From Enoplolaimus lenunculus (Eukaryota): 64,000 nt of DNA. A program made the position numbers and the translations under genes. The stretch lies in assembly GCA_030248215.1 (NCBI GenBank), contig JASANG010001013.1:124001-188000 (forward strand), written 5' to 3'. The first letter of the stretch is position 1. Each line of letters begins with the position of its first letter. Of the stretch, positions 63,776 to 64,000 are shown piece after piece. The notes under the pieces were generated by a model, which was given only the letters and a program-made list of their open reading frames with translations, ran no database searches and was not told where the DNA came from.

Positions 63776-63959
63776 GGGTTGCGCTATACTTTTGTTGACG
63801 TCCGGCGCCGTCCGTCACAATGCGGTATCGTACGCAAATAATTCACGTACGATAACTTATGTACAGACGGCGACGGACGTTGCAGTATGGGTGACGCACA
63901 GTGACGGACGGCGCCGTATGGTTGACTAACGGCGCCGACCGTCAGGTATAACGCAACCC
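63776..63959. mobile_element. Harbinger-like MITE (family F). Other copies at approx. 10279-10432, 15316-15439, 25151-25404, 43720-43789, 43811-43870
   Basis: TTA|GGGTTGCGCTATAC...GTATAACGCAACCC|TTA; TAA/TAA TSD at 43720-43789; internal palindromic GGCGCCGTCCGTCAC motifs. Confidence 0.82.
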
Positions 63960-64000
63960 TTATGCGGGATTCACGTTATAACCGGGGCAGGCGGGACACG

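Overview
AT-rich, repeat-dense eukaryotic (invertebrate) genomic DNA. TTTCAG-type 3' splice sites and TTAGGC repeats suggest a nematode-like genome, but that is inference. The left 25 kb holds one multi-exon minus-strand gene for a K+-dependent Na+/Ca2+ exchanger (NCKX/SLC24 family, about 1080 aa). It can be spliced by hand with consistent phases and ends in two tandem-duplicated, intact, alternative terminal coding exons (5750-6023 and 2160-2430), with a probable cassette exon in the cytosolic loop. The remaining ~39 kb has no recognisable protein-coding exon. Introns and intergenic DNA are packed with non-autonomous DNA transposons (MITEs) of at least nine families. The most striking is a ~20-copy family with GGCC-ended TIRs, 8-bp target-site duplications and internal TTAGGC arrays; another is a piggyBac-like (TTAA) MITE carrying a tRNA-like Pol III promoter. 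Several minisatellites and microsatellites are present. Most ORFs in the supplied track are repeat artefacts. Coordinates of degenerate repeat copies are approximate.
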